Positions 1 through 12,701 are shown, numbered from the whole stretch's first letter. The stretch is 56,987 nucleotides of DNA, filler included, from Sphacelaria rigidula (GCA_964200075.2; 7 parts of 7 records of this genome joined end to end with filler, not necessarily neighbours in it), one strand, 5' to 3'. Notes: a model not told the origin generated them from the sequence alone. Numbers and translations are program-made.

Positions 1-679
1 CGCTTGGTGGTTTGAGTGCAAGCCTGATCCGACGAAAACCCGGCGTGCTCCGTCCCGGCATTGTAGGGATGCGAGGTCAATGGTCTTATGACTATAGTAT
101 GCATGATCATGAGTACCGCCTTAGTCGTTAACCCTTTTGGCACCGGATTTTACACAACGGTATGTTTGTGGCATATGTCCCCACTTTCTCCCCACCACCG
201 TGTGCTAGTGGCAGGTGCCCATTAGTTTTGTTCGAGTCAAAATGATGCCAATTCCAAAATAGTCGACGAAAAAATGCGCTGACGGCTAAAAAAAGGCACC
301 TACACCCTGGAGCGCCCCCGCTCCTTTTTATTCAGATGAGTGATACCGCAGCGAACGACTGATCGCCTTTTTGTTGCCTTGATGAGGGGTACTGTATAAC
401 ATCTCGCTGCGCAACATCCCCTTCGCAACGATCATCATTCTGAAGGCACTCATCTCAAATGCATACGCGCATGCGCGTATGCGGACGTATATTTACTGAC
501 TTATATAGGCATATGTGCCCATGCGATATGTACTTACAAGAACGCTGACCCCACATGACTTCATCTGACTCAACTCTCTCCCCCATCCCTTCCATCCACC
601 CGTGCATCCCCTCCGATTCTCTTGTTCATCAATGCAGGCTTAGATTCCACCGTATCTATCTCGAGTAAACCCAACAAAG

Positions 680-3600
680 ATGGCTGCCACGCTTTGGCTT
701 TCCAAGACTTTCGTGGTGGGCGTTCTTCTCGCGCTCACTCCTCCCGCTGTGGGACAAGGAAGCGACGAAGGAGCGAGTGTCACGATGTCGTCCACTGGAG
801 CGGAAGAGGGCCCGATCTCGAGCGCAGCCGGTATGCATTGTGCAAATGCATATTATTATAGCTGGCAGTTTTCCACAGACGTGTGCACGGGTAGCCACGC
901 CTACAGCCGTGCCGAGGCGCACTGTTGCGAAGATTGCGTGGTCGAGTGAGTGAGCGAGGTTGCGCCAGAGCGACAAGCAAGAGCGCGCGTTTTCTTTCCA
1001 CGCGGGTCTTGTCCCACTCCAGACCCCCAGTTAAATCGTCGTCTCTTTTGCCCGAAGAAGGTTGTATTTCGTTGTGCTGCAAAATTCATCTTGTCTGTTG
1101 ACTTTTGCTGAGGAATAGTGATCCCTCCGAGTATCCGCCCGAGTATCGTATACAGGACGTAGAGGCCTTGTAATTCATCTATGGGGCTCGCCTACGTTGT
1201 GGTTCAGGAACTGGAGTTGCGGGGCCAGCTTACAGAAAATCAAGCAAGCAAAATGATTGACGTCCAAGTCACAACGACTATGCATTCAGCCAACCCTTTC
1301 CCGGGGAATTGCACCACGAGTTTAGGGATAATAAGTGGCCAATACAAACGTCGTTGCTCCCTCCGTCTGTTTTCGTTTGTGATTTCGTCAGGCTCGGGTT
1401 CTTTTGAGCCAATGGAGACGGACTCGGTGGTGTTAACCGATACGTGTAACCAAAAGGGGTATGACGCGCACTACGAGGTGTACTTCAGGTAACGGAGTGT
1501 TTTCACTTCTTCGTTATCCGATTTTGTAACACTACAATTACACCTACTTGTTCACATCGTTCGCGGTCTGTCCTTCATATCGTGGACGTTTCACTATATC
1601 GCAGTCGCGTGCACCATTTATTCCCCGTGCAGGGTCAATGCCAGGGTTGATTCTGTAGTTATTTCAGTCGTACGCGCATGGACTACCTTTTCGATGCGTA
1701 AAACGAAAAAAATCAATACAGCAGTAGGAGTAAAGATAAAACGACAAGCTGCTTACGCGTAACGTACTCGTGAGACTAAGAACGGATTTTGTTTCTGCGA
1801 CGGGTTAATTGTCATTATATTCACCAGGTGGTCGAATCGTCCGAAACGGCGTCACCCACCTGGAAGCTGGTGAAGTGGCGGGGATATTGGTGGAAGAAGG
1901 ATGTAAAATGGACGTGGTCCATGCAGAGGTTTGCGTGTGGAAACTGGTTTTGGGATCATTTCAGGTGTTTCCCCCTCTTTCCCCTCCTTTTGATTTTTGT
2001 TTGTGCTGGGGTTTTCGCCGTTGAGTTTTACTCCAGCAGTCGACGGGTGTGCCTCGCCTTTTTTGCAGTGACAAAGTTCAACATGAGTTCCGCGTACGCT
2101 CCGATGGTCTATCGCCCTTTCTCTGCGTACGTCGCATCGTTTTGTTTTATGCTCGTCTCGATTCCATCTCGTTATTTGTCCTTCTCATCAATTTCCTAGC
2201 GGCTCGGGGGACACGATGGTGAGGCAGGCTTCATCCGACACCGGCTGTCCCAACCATGTCAACTACGGCGTCTTGATTGGAAACGTGAATCACTTCTCCG
2301 CACGGGTGCGATTCTCGCTTGAACTTCTCTTTCTCCGGTCGTGGTTTTGCACTTTCCGGTGTCTTGATTCTCCTCTGTTCACTAGGCATACGTGTTGCCC
2401 GTGTCTTGTTCTCATTTTCGTAGTGTTATTAAAGTCTTCTCTGATATCCATTCTCTCTTGCCCCGTGTAATTTCGTGTGCGTATGAATCCTGCTTAGACT
2501 GCCAAGTTCGAAAATTACTGAACTTCGCTCACCCCACCCACTCTCCAAGACGTAAAATGCCCCGACAAAGCGAAGATTTCGGGAGGGCACGATCGTGGGA
2601 AATTGACGTCGTGTTACGCCACCTCATGTCTACTGGGAAACGTAGTAACGAAAAACGGCATGATGGCTATCGGCGATCGCTTAGTCTTTCGCATCGATGC
2701 CTGGCGCCGTCCTCCTGACGACGCATGGTCAATCGGTGTTCCAGCAACCGGGGCACGCAACAAGGTCCTTCGAGAAGCAGCTGTGACTATCGCGGTTCAC
2801 AAACGATGACGTTGTCGTCTGATTCACGCACTTGTGATGTTTGCCCGCGGTCCCCTTCCAACCCCCCCTTTCCCCCGCAGAACATTGCCACCAACACGAG
2901 TATCCCGGCCTTCCCGATGCTCCAACCGGACGGTAACTCGACCTCTCTCTCAACAGCACCGGGGAATGTTGGGATACTGGTGAACGGCGTCTCAATATAC
3001 GGGTACGACATCTGTGTTGTGTTTCAACTTCTTCCGCCCCGTATTTCAACGAAGCCCGCCATGGGTGTTCGCCGTCTGTGTGATATGTGCTGCATTTACT
3101 CAAACTCAACGAAGGCCTCAACACAGGTTGGTGCCTTCGCCGTCCTGAAATCCCCCCTCCCCCCCCTGCCACTCCCCCCCCGCCTGCTCCACCGACGGGT
3201 TTCCCTTTTCGTTTTCCCTTTTTTTTCTGAACATTTTTCTCAACGAAACAAATCAGTCCCTGGGCGAGAGATGAAGCAACTGATTACACCAATACTGCGT
3301 TCGCGATCGAGAGCTTCACGTATGACGCCTGCGGAGCTCACTCGACGGAAGATGGCTGGTACCACTACCACAACACACCCGGTTGCCTTCAGGAGCAGGT
3401 AAGAGCGTGTAAGTGGGGAGGTACCAGCAGTCGTGCGCAATCAAATCGCTCAACCCAGTTGACACCACACGTTCCACACGAGCATAGCCGTGACCTTTCA
3501 CCAGAAGCGAGCTTCTCACTTAATTACAGTGTATACTATTTTGAAGGGTATGCGGATGTGAGGGTTCTGTCGTGTTTACAAAAAATACCTCTTGCCCGTC

Positions 3601-5250
3601 GTTCTGAACGCACTCAAACGAAACGCAGGTCATGAAGCTTGAGGGCCTCACTTTCTCGGATCCCTCTCCTCTCCTGGGCTGGTCGCACGTAAGTTTCAAT
3701 GTGAAAATGGACCGACGCCATTACTGCCGCACCGCGTGGTGATGATGACGGGTGATTATTTGATTTCGCTGTCATTATGTCAACACTATACATACACAGT
3801 GTTGTCATGCGTGGGAGGGCCGCGTGCTGATAAGGGACCGCATTGGAATTCAAACACCCCTATGGTTAGCGTTAGTGTTTGGGTTAGGGTCAGGCGCGTG
3901 GTACTTGCAGGGATTGGTCCGAATGGTTTTGGAAAACGTCGATCGTAAGGTGTTTTGACCTACGCTGCGGTCCTCTAAGCACGCTGTCCTCCTGCGCATG
4001 ACAGTGTACCTCTTCAATCACGAATCCGCTCTCACTTCGTGGGCTCTTGGTTCATTGCGTTTAATGTCGTTCCCTAATATTCACGATTTCCACCTCATTT
4101 CATGCACGATACTTTTCATGCACTCCGACGTGTACATGCAGCTCTTTCACGCCGCGGCAACCTTCCGTTTCCCCTCGTTTGTTTTACTGTTGTTGCTGTT
4201 GCTGCTTTCTCCCTTTGTCGGAGATGGCGATAGAGTACAATAGTGTCTCATCGAATATGACTGACTCGGCGGCTGGAATTACGAGCACCCTCGGCAGATT
4301 GTTTTTTTGCTTCGCCAATATACTGTTACTACATGCAGTACGAAGACGGAAACGGAGCGCAGCTGATTACATGAAACGGTTTGACGCAACTTAGCAACAA
4401 GGGTTACCGAAGCACAGATGAGCTCTGGGTTTTGAACACGCTTTGCCCCCTTTCTTCCTTAGAGTTCCGTTCTAATGAAATCATCTTGCCTACTACGTGC
4501 ACAGTGCGGTGCTCATCATCTCTGTACACACACGTGCTGAAGTCAAAATGCAACCAACAAATATCATTTCCTACGTGTTTTGCGGTCTTGTTTCCTCACT
4601 CCTGCTGCATGTTCTATTTTCCCCCCAATGTGTTGTTTTGCTTCGCCGTCTTTCCGCTTGGATCAGGACGGTTTCCCCGTTTACGGACACTTGGGCCCCG
4701 AGGGCACCAGTATGCTGGTGAGCAACCCCCGGATAACGCAGCTTGAACAATAATATCAATAAAATAGTCGAAATATTACATTGCTACTCGCGTATTTGTT
4801 CGGTGTCATGAGGTTGAAATGAGCTTTGCCTTCGCAGACCCGCGGAGTTGGTACATGAGGCTTTCGTTTGAGGGATACTCGTGAGGATTGCAGGTCTGAT
4901 GAGGCCTGATCAGCAGACGAGTGTGGTATACGCTGTGTCGAATTAGTGATAACCTATGGTTTACTTGCAGTTGTCGAGAAAAGATCTTCTTGTTACGAAT
5001 GGCGCCATCGTGCTATCCGACACTCGTGTCGCTGCTTACTGCGAGATACAGTTGGGTCAAATATCCTCCACGAGCGTTCTATATCCTCATCACATCGGTT
5101 GTTCTACTTTGTGTTTCCAACTGTCAATTGTTTGAAATAATACAGTCTTGCGGGACCGACGGAGCGCATGAAACGTATTGCCTGGACGAGTGCAACGGTT
5201 ACGAAGGGCTGCATCCGGAAGTCGACAAGTTCATTTACCGCTACTACCTG
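680..5250 (+). CDS. Secreted YHYH-domain protein, multi-exon, 3' end not in contig. Inferred exons: 680-830, 1392-1488, 2200-2284, 2881-3002, 3257-3398, 3629-3688, 4667-4717, 5146-5250
   Basis: Phase-compatible GT-AG exons splice to an N-terminal hydrophobic signal peptide, then GCPNH, GNVGILVNGVSIYGP, DACGAHSTEDGWYHYHNTPGCL, SPLLGWSHDGFPVYG and LDECNG...YRYY. This is the motif order of YHYH-family proteins. The boundaries of exons 1 and 3 are the least certain. Confidence 0.85.
3834..3975. mobile_element. Small Tourist/PIF-Harbinger-like MITE in a YHYH intron
   Basis: Imperfect TIRs GGGACCGCA..CAAACACC / GGTGTTTTG..TGCGGTCCTC, flanked by TAA on both sides (3831-3833, 3976-3978). Confidence 0.55.
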
Positions 5251-5343
5251 GTGAGCAGATCATGGTGTCATGGTTGATTCGGCTTATCATTTCGTCGTGC
5301 TAACCATCACAGTATTCACAACGAAAGCGGAGCCGATTATTGG

Positions 5344-8056
5344 CGTTATAGCCTCTGCCAGACGATCTGGACAAGAGGACTATCCACGAGGGATTCCTCT
5401 AGTAGCACTGGCCTCGTGCTCAACAAGTCCTTTCTTCTCACTTGTTACTATCATGGAGTAGACAGCCGCGGCCCGCCCCATCAGGCATGGGCCACACAGC
5501 AAGGGTCATCATCCACGGGATGCCCCTGTCCCCTGTCCATCATCCAGGATCCTACATGCTATATTTACTACGCCTTGGTGTATTTCGGGTACAGCACCCC
5601 CAAAGCGAGTTCAAGACAAACGAACGAGCTTGACAACCAACAAAAAACCAAGCTAATTTTCATGCTCCTAGTCACAAATAAATGTCATACTCCGACGCTA
5701 ATTCACATGTCAGCGCCGGAGTCAGCCTCAGTTTACGCAATTCCTGCGCAACAAATGCAGACGCAGAAAAACCTACCTTCCGAAGAGACTTCTACGTACT
5801 TTCCCCAACACCGAATCCATCTCAATCGACCAAAACAATAACATGACCATTGCTTCAGAACCATTCGACCAATGGGTATACGCAACATCAAATGGGTGTT
5901 GCACCTCCAGCGCGTCGCTCTGCTGCGCGATTCTTGTACTTGGTTCTTGAAGTACGTGGCGGTATCACCAACCCACACACGCCGCACCCCCAAAGTCTTG
6001 CATCATTGCGACAAATACTTAACCGTAACCTCGGCATTGCAAGCCTCGGTTGGTTCCAATCAAACGAAATTTGACAAATGATCCTGAGATAACAAACATA
6101 CAGCAAACCATCAGACAGTTAGTACCATCAAGTTTGCTACTTCCTACGTACAAAAACCAAATTGAACAATCCTCACCTGGCGCAATACCTTGAACAGTAT
6201 CGCCAAAAACGTGCCACGGGCAAGAATTAGTTTTTCATACGTGCATAATTTTTCATCCTCAAACACATGAGAACTCGCGTGATCTCTGCTCACAGACAAC
6301 GAGCCTACGCCTTTCGTAGTTTCAGCTCATTTTCACGTCATCAGCAGCAATCACCGTCTCCTACAGTCAGTACGAGTTTCATCTCATTCATCACCCAGTA
6401 GTGTTTTGTTAACTGCCTCGCCCTGACGGTCATCAGACACCATGCACACCAGTAGCATTCGAGCGAAATTCCACACAGGCATGCCAAGATCCCACTCAGC
6501 ATACGAAAGCTCGTACATGCATGCCAATATTTGACCCAGGACCTGCAATGCAACCCGTGTTGCACAAACCATGCACCATGCATGCTATTTAGAGCAGCAC
6601 AACACATGCATACCAAATTCCACGCGTACACCGGTATTTTCCAGCGAACGCAACACGAGCACACCCGCTCTACTGTCATGCTTCATGCGCGAACAGCAAC
6701 ACAAATATGACCCAAAAAGCACACCAGAACAACCTTTAATCGTCAGAAAACGATTCGGAAATACCAGTCACCATGTGTGTCCTCTGACTCAACAAGCATT
6801 TTCACAAGTGCTTGCTCCTCCACAATATTCAATCCGGAGCTCACCACCATATCACTCATCTCAGGTGATCCCCGCTTTGTAGGCTTCCAGTCCGCTCCTG
6901 CGAAGTAGCAGCACTCGAACCACCACCTTCTGCACACCATGGAGCAACAATTCCTTTCGTACGGTAGCTCCTAGCAGCCACATCTAGCACCCCCATGGTG
7001 AATCTCAACATGCCACCAAATAGCATATCCTTACTGCCGAACCAATGCAACACACACTCTGCCTCCGCAGAAGCTTGCGCTTCGACGATTTCTCCTGTTT
7101 CAGTCGCTTTTCTGGGCGAAACGAGAGGTGGAACGGGAACAACCATATAGTCCCGCATAGCAACAGCTCTCGAGGGCACCACACCATCCTCATTGAGCAC
7201 CTGACCTGACATCATATGAGCAATATCATGCATCATTCGTTTACATTTACGATGGGACAACGGCGAATTGACCATCCGAAATCTACGATCCATCAACGCC
7301 TTATCTAACGATCTCACCGCACAATTCTTCACATGTCATCCCGTATCGCCGACCCATACCTCCGGCGACCCCATCGCTTTTGCTTTGAACCATGTCAGAA
7401 AATGCTCCACCTTCTTCGCCTCCATACTAGACTCCGCGGGCTCCAACCACACGAAGTTGCTCACATCGTCTTTGATCATCAAATTATCTTGGATCGGATC
7501 TCCGTCGTCCAACCCACCAATTTCCAGCTGATCACTCGCTCCATCGCTGAGGAAATTGAATTCCATCACCTCCTCCGGGCGAGTACCATGCACCTTGTCC
7601 CTACCATGCACCATATCCTCGTGGGGAGGGGGAATGTGCGCCCCCACCTTGGATTCGCTCACCCCTCGCGAGCAAAAATTTTCCGGCATTTCCATCGCCG
7701 CTCTTTTCAAGCTTGACTGCAAACTGCAGTACAGTAACCCAAACGCCACCAAAACTGCAATGCACGAAGCTAGCCACCCGGCCTTCACCGGATCGTTGCA
7801 ATTGGGCTGGGCCTTCGCAGCCGTCGCCTGTGACTGTGGCTGCACCCTCATAGGCGGTACGGCTCCACTCTCAGGAGCTTCCTCTTCCTCTCCACCTGTA
7901 TCCTTCTGACTCTCACTTTGAAATGACCACTCAGGGACGATCACCCGCCTAGCCGGAAGATAAATAGGGTTGTTCATGCCGATCTGCACCGGCACAGCAC
8001 GCGGGCGTAACTTTTCCAAAGCCAGCGGATACAAATCTACCCCGAGTTCCTTCATA
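5344..8056 (-). mobile_element. Ty3/gypsy-related LTR element, 3' portion (3' LTR 5344-5593), truncated by the contig end
   Basis: ORF 7336-8055 (MKELGVDLYPLALEKLRPRAVPVQ...DPVKAGWLASCIAVLVAFGLL) is clearly homologous to the protease/RT junction of the element at 45.8-46.3 kb. Segment 5344-5593 aligns with the LTR at 43743-44003 and is preceded on the minus strand by a G-rich PPT-like tract. Confidence 0.8.
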
Positions 8057-8156
8057 NNNNNNNNNNNNNNNNNNNNNNNNNNNNNNNNNNNNNNNNNNNN
8101 TTAATTAATTAANNNNNNNNNNNNNNNNNNNNNNNNNNNNNNNNNNNNNNNNNNNN
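8057..8156. other. Artificial contig linker N44-TTAATTAATTAA-N44 (also at 16213-16312, 24368-24467, 32523-32622, 40678-40777, 48833-48932)
   Basis: Identical 100-nt spacer carrying stops in all six frames, separating blocks of 8055-8056 bp. Confidence 0.98.
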
Positions 8157-8447
8157 TTATTTTTATTTTTATTCTTATTTTTATTTTTATTTTTATTTTT
8201 ATTATTATTTTCATTATTATTATGTTCGTCACATCAGCTCGATATCTCGAACCCGTGATCACAGAGTGCAAGGAGCATACCACCCATACCCACTACTCTG
8301 ACGATGACATGCAATACAATGGGTATGAATATCCCCCCCCCCTCCCCTTCACCATGCTTCTGCCTGATGCGCTCCAATCTTCGGAATTATAGCCGCCTTT
8401 GAGCAGTACTCGTAACGATCAACCTTATCCCTGACTGGTTTCGACAG

Positions 8448-11197
8448 GAGTTGTGTGGGGAGGTGGCGCGGGTATTGTTTTTGTTTGTCTGGACGTGTAC
8501 GAGACCAAGGAGGCTGGGCGCCAACGTGGAGGTGTTGTACGCGATGCTGCACGACCAGACCTCCCTCGAAGCCATCTTCAACCACCCCGCTATCGCGTCG
8601 GCAGGGTGGGCGGCAGATCTACCGCGACTCCTGTCGCACTTTCAGGACCTCGCCCAGAAAGAGGAGGTAGTGTGGGAGTAAGATGGGTTGGACGGATGTA
8701 TGAGGGGTGGGTGGTGTTGGCTGAATGATGGAGGTTGTAAGTAAGCCGAGCAGTGAGCAATAAGCAGATGCCAACATTCCAGGTCGTAGTCGACGTCTCT
8801 TCATGAGGACAAGACGTCTCCGCCATAAAGGAGATACCCAACACGAGTATCCCATACATGTAAACGGTCTCGATCATGGGCAGCATACGACACGGTCCTT
8901 ATATCAGTGTTCATGTTGGTGTTGGCGTCGGTTTCACTGGGTGACATGACGGTTGTTGCTGTGGTTGTGGTTGTTGTGGTTGTTGTGGTTGTTGGGTTAT
9001 GGTCGTGAATATCTATGTCTGTATGTATGTCTGTGCGCAAGTTGACTATCCGCAAATCGCACCCGATTTTTTTTTCTTTAGTGGGCGGGTGTTTTGCGCG
9101 TCTCTCTGTGTGTTGACTCCCCGCGACTTGTGACCAATTTTTGTTCTTGGGGCGACGCGTGTATCTTGTATGTGCTTGTGTGTGTTGGTTGTCCACGAAG
9201 CAGGAGGCAGGCGGTGGGCAAGGGTTAACCGTGGAGGCTGCTATGGCCATGGTGGAAAAGGGGGTGCGCCACTACACGACGGAGGTGACAATGAAAAGAT
9301 CATGACCACGTGCACCTCTTGTGCGCGTTCGCCTCTTCTTTGAAAAACTATTTTCTGTATCATTATCTCCTGACTTGGAGAAGCACAAGTCCCGATATTT
9401 GTTTCTCCTTTTTTTTCATTTTTCTTAACGTGTTCATCAATCAACACACATGAATGAATGATTTTCAGTGTACCTTGTTTCATATGATATTTGTATCGAT
9501 ATTCTACCTCTATGCATATAGCTGTCATTTGTCATTCCATCTACCTCATATAATCGCTCTCTATTTAGTTTTTTATCCACAAAAAATCGCATGCCTCTGT
9601 TTTGCAGGCCTTGGGCATGGGCCGCGACGTAGGTGGCCTTGCAGCGGAGGAAGGGAGGGGAGGGGGCGAGGGCGACGAAGAGGCCATGACGGTTACGTTA
9701 TCATATGAAGAGGTGCGTTTTTTCGGATGTACTGATTGCTTTGCTCTGGTAAGTTGATGTACGGTGCGGTACGATGCCGCCTCAGCGGCAAGTTGCGGTA
9801 TGATATAATACGAAGCTCGTTGGTGATGTGGGTCATAAGTATTCGTTTCGAAACAGTGTAGTGCACGGGATGTATATAGAGAAGGCTCCGCTTGCGGTCG
9901 TGTATGGATTCCATAAATCATGTGCTTCCTCTGTCTCATAAGCTAGGGTACCTAAATTCGTACGGGCCCTCAACTGTGTCCGATCTGTTTTTCGATTTTT
10001 TTTTTTTTTCAGACGGTGTTTGAACCATTCGGCCAAACGACCGAAAATAAATCAGTCGGCTCAAGATGGCCGTATTTTACACCTTCCCCTCCACGTGAAA
10101 GAAAGTGTCGAGAATCATTGTCGCCATTGCCTATCGGCCACCAACCGATATCTCGGCGTCCCGTTTGCGAGGTGGGTATGTGGTGGGGGGCGAGCCTATC
10201 GCTAGAATGATGCAGTGGGCAGGTAGGGTACTAAATTTGGACGCTTTGGAGAATTCTCAGCTACACGTCATCAAAAAACATTCTCAAAAATATTCCCATA
10301 ATAGCCCAAAATAGGGTATATTTTAACCCATTTTAGGTAAAGGAATAGAACCCTTGTTTTTCCTTTTTCTCCTTAGCCTCGTCTTCCTCTTATCTTTCTA
10401 ACGAACCCGACTATACTATCCTCACTACCACGGTTGTATTCAGACAGCGTATTGCCCATAGGTACCCTAAGTTATGAGACAGAGGAAGTATATCTAAGAA
10501 AAAAAGGGGTATAGCTGAAGATCTCGAGTGTCGTACTCGGCATGGATTTTGGGATTTTGGGTGAGGTGAGTGCGATTTGTGGTGTCGCACGCGAAACGCG
10601 TGGTGCTCTTTATTCCTTCTAGGTTAATGAGTATTCACGTTGATCTTGGTTTACACCGCAGTCCCCCCTTTGTTGTTTGAACCCCCCTTTCAATCAGAAT
10701 TTGTTTGCCCGTTAAAATTTGATTCCCACGCTACCTGTCTGTGCATTTATGCTCCACCCATCCTCTTCCCCAACGCTCATCCGCTCTCCGTGAAACAGGG
10801 GGAGAATTGCGAGGCATTTTTCCTACCGTATGTGTGGCAGCTAGTGCTAGCGCGAACGCCAGATCTTAATTGGAACAAGAGCAAGATTCGCATATTCTCT
10901 CCGATCCTTCGACAGCAGCAGCAGCAGCAGCAGCAGCCGCCGCAGCCGCTACATCAACAAGAAGTACCGCTGGGCGACGACCCGTCTCCCCGCAATGTTG
11001 ACATCGCCGGCAGCAGTAGTCCTCCATTCCTCGGCAAATCCGAGGATACTAGAAACGGTAGTGGTGGTGCAACGGGGATGGGGGAGGGACGCAAGAGACG
11101 AGGCCGTAGAAGCTCTTGGTGGGCGGGGTGGGGTGATCGTGTCGGCGACGGAGGAGGAGCCGAGGAAAATCCTACAGCGGGGGACCTTAGTGTATAA
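8448..11197 (+). CDS. DYM: Dymeclin, last four exons (8448-8666, 9204-9263, 9608-9712, 10799-11197)
   Basis: The spliced peptide ANVEVLYAMLH...FNHP...LLSHF / LTVEAAMAMVEKG / LSYEE / GENCEAFFLPYVWQLV...LNWNKSKIRIF matches the conserved dymeclin C-terminus (NPNLVYALL..FRTHP..LSVERVLEIIKQG..KYVEE..PEEFFIPYVWSLV..LYWN). All introns are phase 0, GT-AG. Confidence 0.88.
9925..10488. mobile_element. Stowaway/Tc1-mariner-like MITE in a dymeclin intron
   Basis: TIRs of about 28 bp: CTTCCTCTGTCTCATAAGCTAGGGTACCTA / TAGGTACCCTAAGTTATGAGACAGAGGAAG. TA on the right flank, TG on the left. Confidence 0.7.
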
Positions 11198-11199
11198 TT

Positions 11200-12196
11200 T
11201 TCTCAGGAATATCCCAGGGGGTTTCATTGCTTTTATATTTTAGGATCTTTTCCGTGTTTCTTTCCAGGGCTCAAGTCACAGGAAACGAGCTCTTGGGGAA
11301 TCACGCGGGAATGAGGGGGGAATTTCCTCCCCGTCGGGTCTTGTTTTTTTTGCGGGGAAAGGACGTTAACATCCCGTCCCGTCGTGTATCGACGATGATA
11401 GCAGCGTAAACGTTCGTTCCATGTCCCGTCCCGTCCTCTCGGGGAAAAATTCCGATATTTTTCCTCGGGAATTTTGGTCAGACTGGACTGGACATGACAA
11501 CGAAACGGAAAATTCCCCTTTAATCTGGTGAGAACGTGAGTACATCTTGACACACATGGGATGTGGGAACATGCTTTCGAAACTCGGGCTCACGTGCCTG
11601 CCACAGCTCATCTTGTCACTCCGCATGGACGGATGAAATATCACGATTACTTTCACCGGGGCTTGCCACACGACCTGGGGATGACACGGGACGGTAATTG
11701 CCGTCCACGTAAGGCCGCGGGACGGGACGGGGCCGTTTTCCCGTCCCCCCAAAACAACGGGGTGTATCGGGGGCCGCCGTCGCGAGAACGAGCCGATTCA
11801 ATTTGTGTTGTCGGATGTTGTGCCTCGAAACCCGTGACTGTTTCTTTTTGAACATGTTCAAGCATCGCTGCACTAAATTCTGGTCCCATCGCTTGTTCCG
11901 GGGAGGTTGCAAATCTCTCGGGAAAGGGGGTGGGATGGGACAGAACAAGACAGTAGGGCGGGAAATCTCATGGGAACTTTTCCGTGAGGACAGGACAGGA
12001 CAACCGAGGTGAGAATCTCCGTCCCGTCATTTTTGGCGACGGCAGACCATCCCCGTCCCGTCCCGTCCCGTCCCGCCGTTTTGTTGACGAAAGATCACGT
12101 CCCGTGTCGTCGTTTTTTAGGCGACGGGAAAACGGTCTCGCGCCGAACCGCAGCGCCCGGGGAAGCGGATATTCCCGTCCCGAAGTCCCGTGAAAA
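11200..12196. repeat. CCCGT/ACGGG-motif-rich repetitive element, probably a non-autonomous DNA transposon
   Basis: Many CCCGTCCCGT / GGGACGGGAC motifs in both orientations over about 1 kb. No credible ORF. Ends approximate. Confidence 0.45.
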
Positions 12197-12353
12197 TGAC
12201 TTGTTCTTTCTCCTACCCTTTTCCCTGCAGTGTCGGGAAAATCTTGCCAGCGGCTGTTCGCTGTGTCGAGACATTTTTCCTGTCATTTTTGCAGCTGTTG
12301 GTCTAGCCGATAGCTACTGTAGGTGACGTCGCAAAAAGATAATTTTTGATTGG

Positions 12354-12701
12354 GGATGGGAATCCGGAGAATTAAAACCTTCGTATCCACACCAAATGTT
12401 CGAAATATGGCTCCATTTTTTTAACTTGGTGGTAGCTATTGACAACTACTACACGCGATACATAATTGGATTTCGAAAACCGAAATTTTGGGGTCCTAGA
12501 TCAAGAACCAATTTTGGGGTTCGATCGGATGACCTAGATTCCCCCAAATCGGTTTTTGATTCAAGACCCCAACATTTCGACTATCGAATTCCAAATTCGT
12601 ATGGCGTGTAGTGGTTGTCAGTGGCTTCCAGCAATTGAAATGGAACCATATTTCGAACATTGGTGTGGATACGAGGATTTTAATTCTCCGGGTTATCATC
12701 C
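12354..12701. mobile_element. Foldback/MITE-like long imperfect palindrome
   Basis: CCGGAGAATTAAAACCTTCGTATCCACACCAAATGTTCGAAATATGG... is mirrored by ...CCATATTTCGAACATTGGTGTGGATACGAGGATTTTAATTCTCCGG. The arms pair over about 160 bp. Confidence 0.75.

Noticed and set aside
2725-3402. 225-aa ORF as a standalone gene
   Set aside because: It is a read-through of one YHYH exon plus intron. The YHYH motif lies in a different frame of the next exon.
8057-8156. Regularly spaced TTAATTAATTAA motif about every 8.15 kb
   Set aside because: Artificial stop-codon linker embedded in Ns, not biological periodicity.
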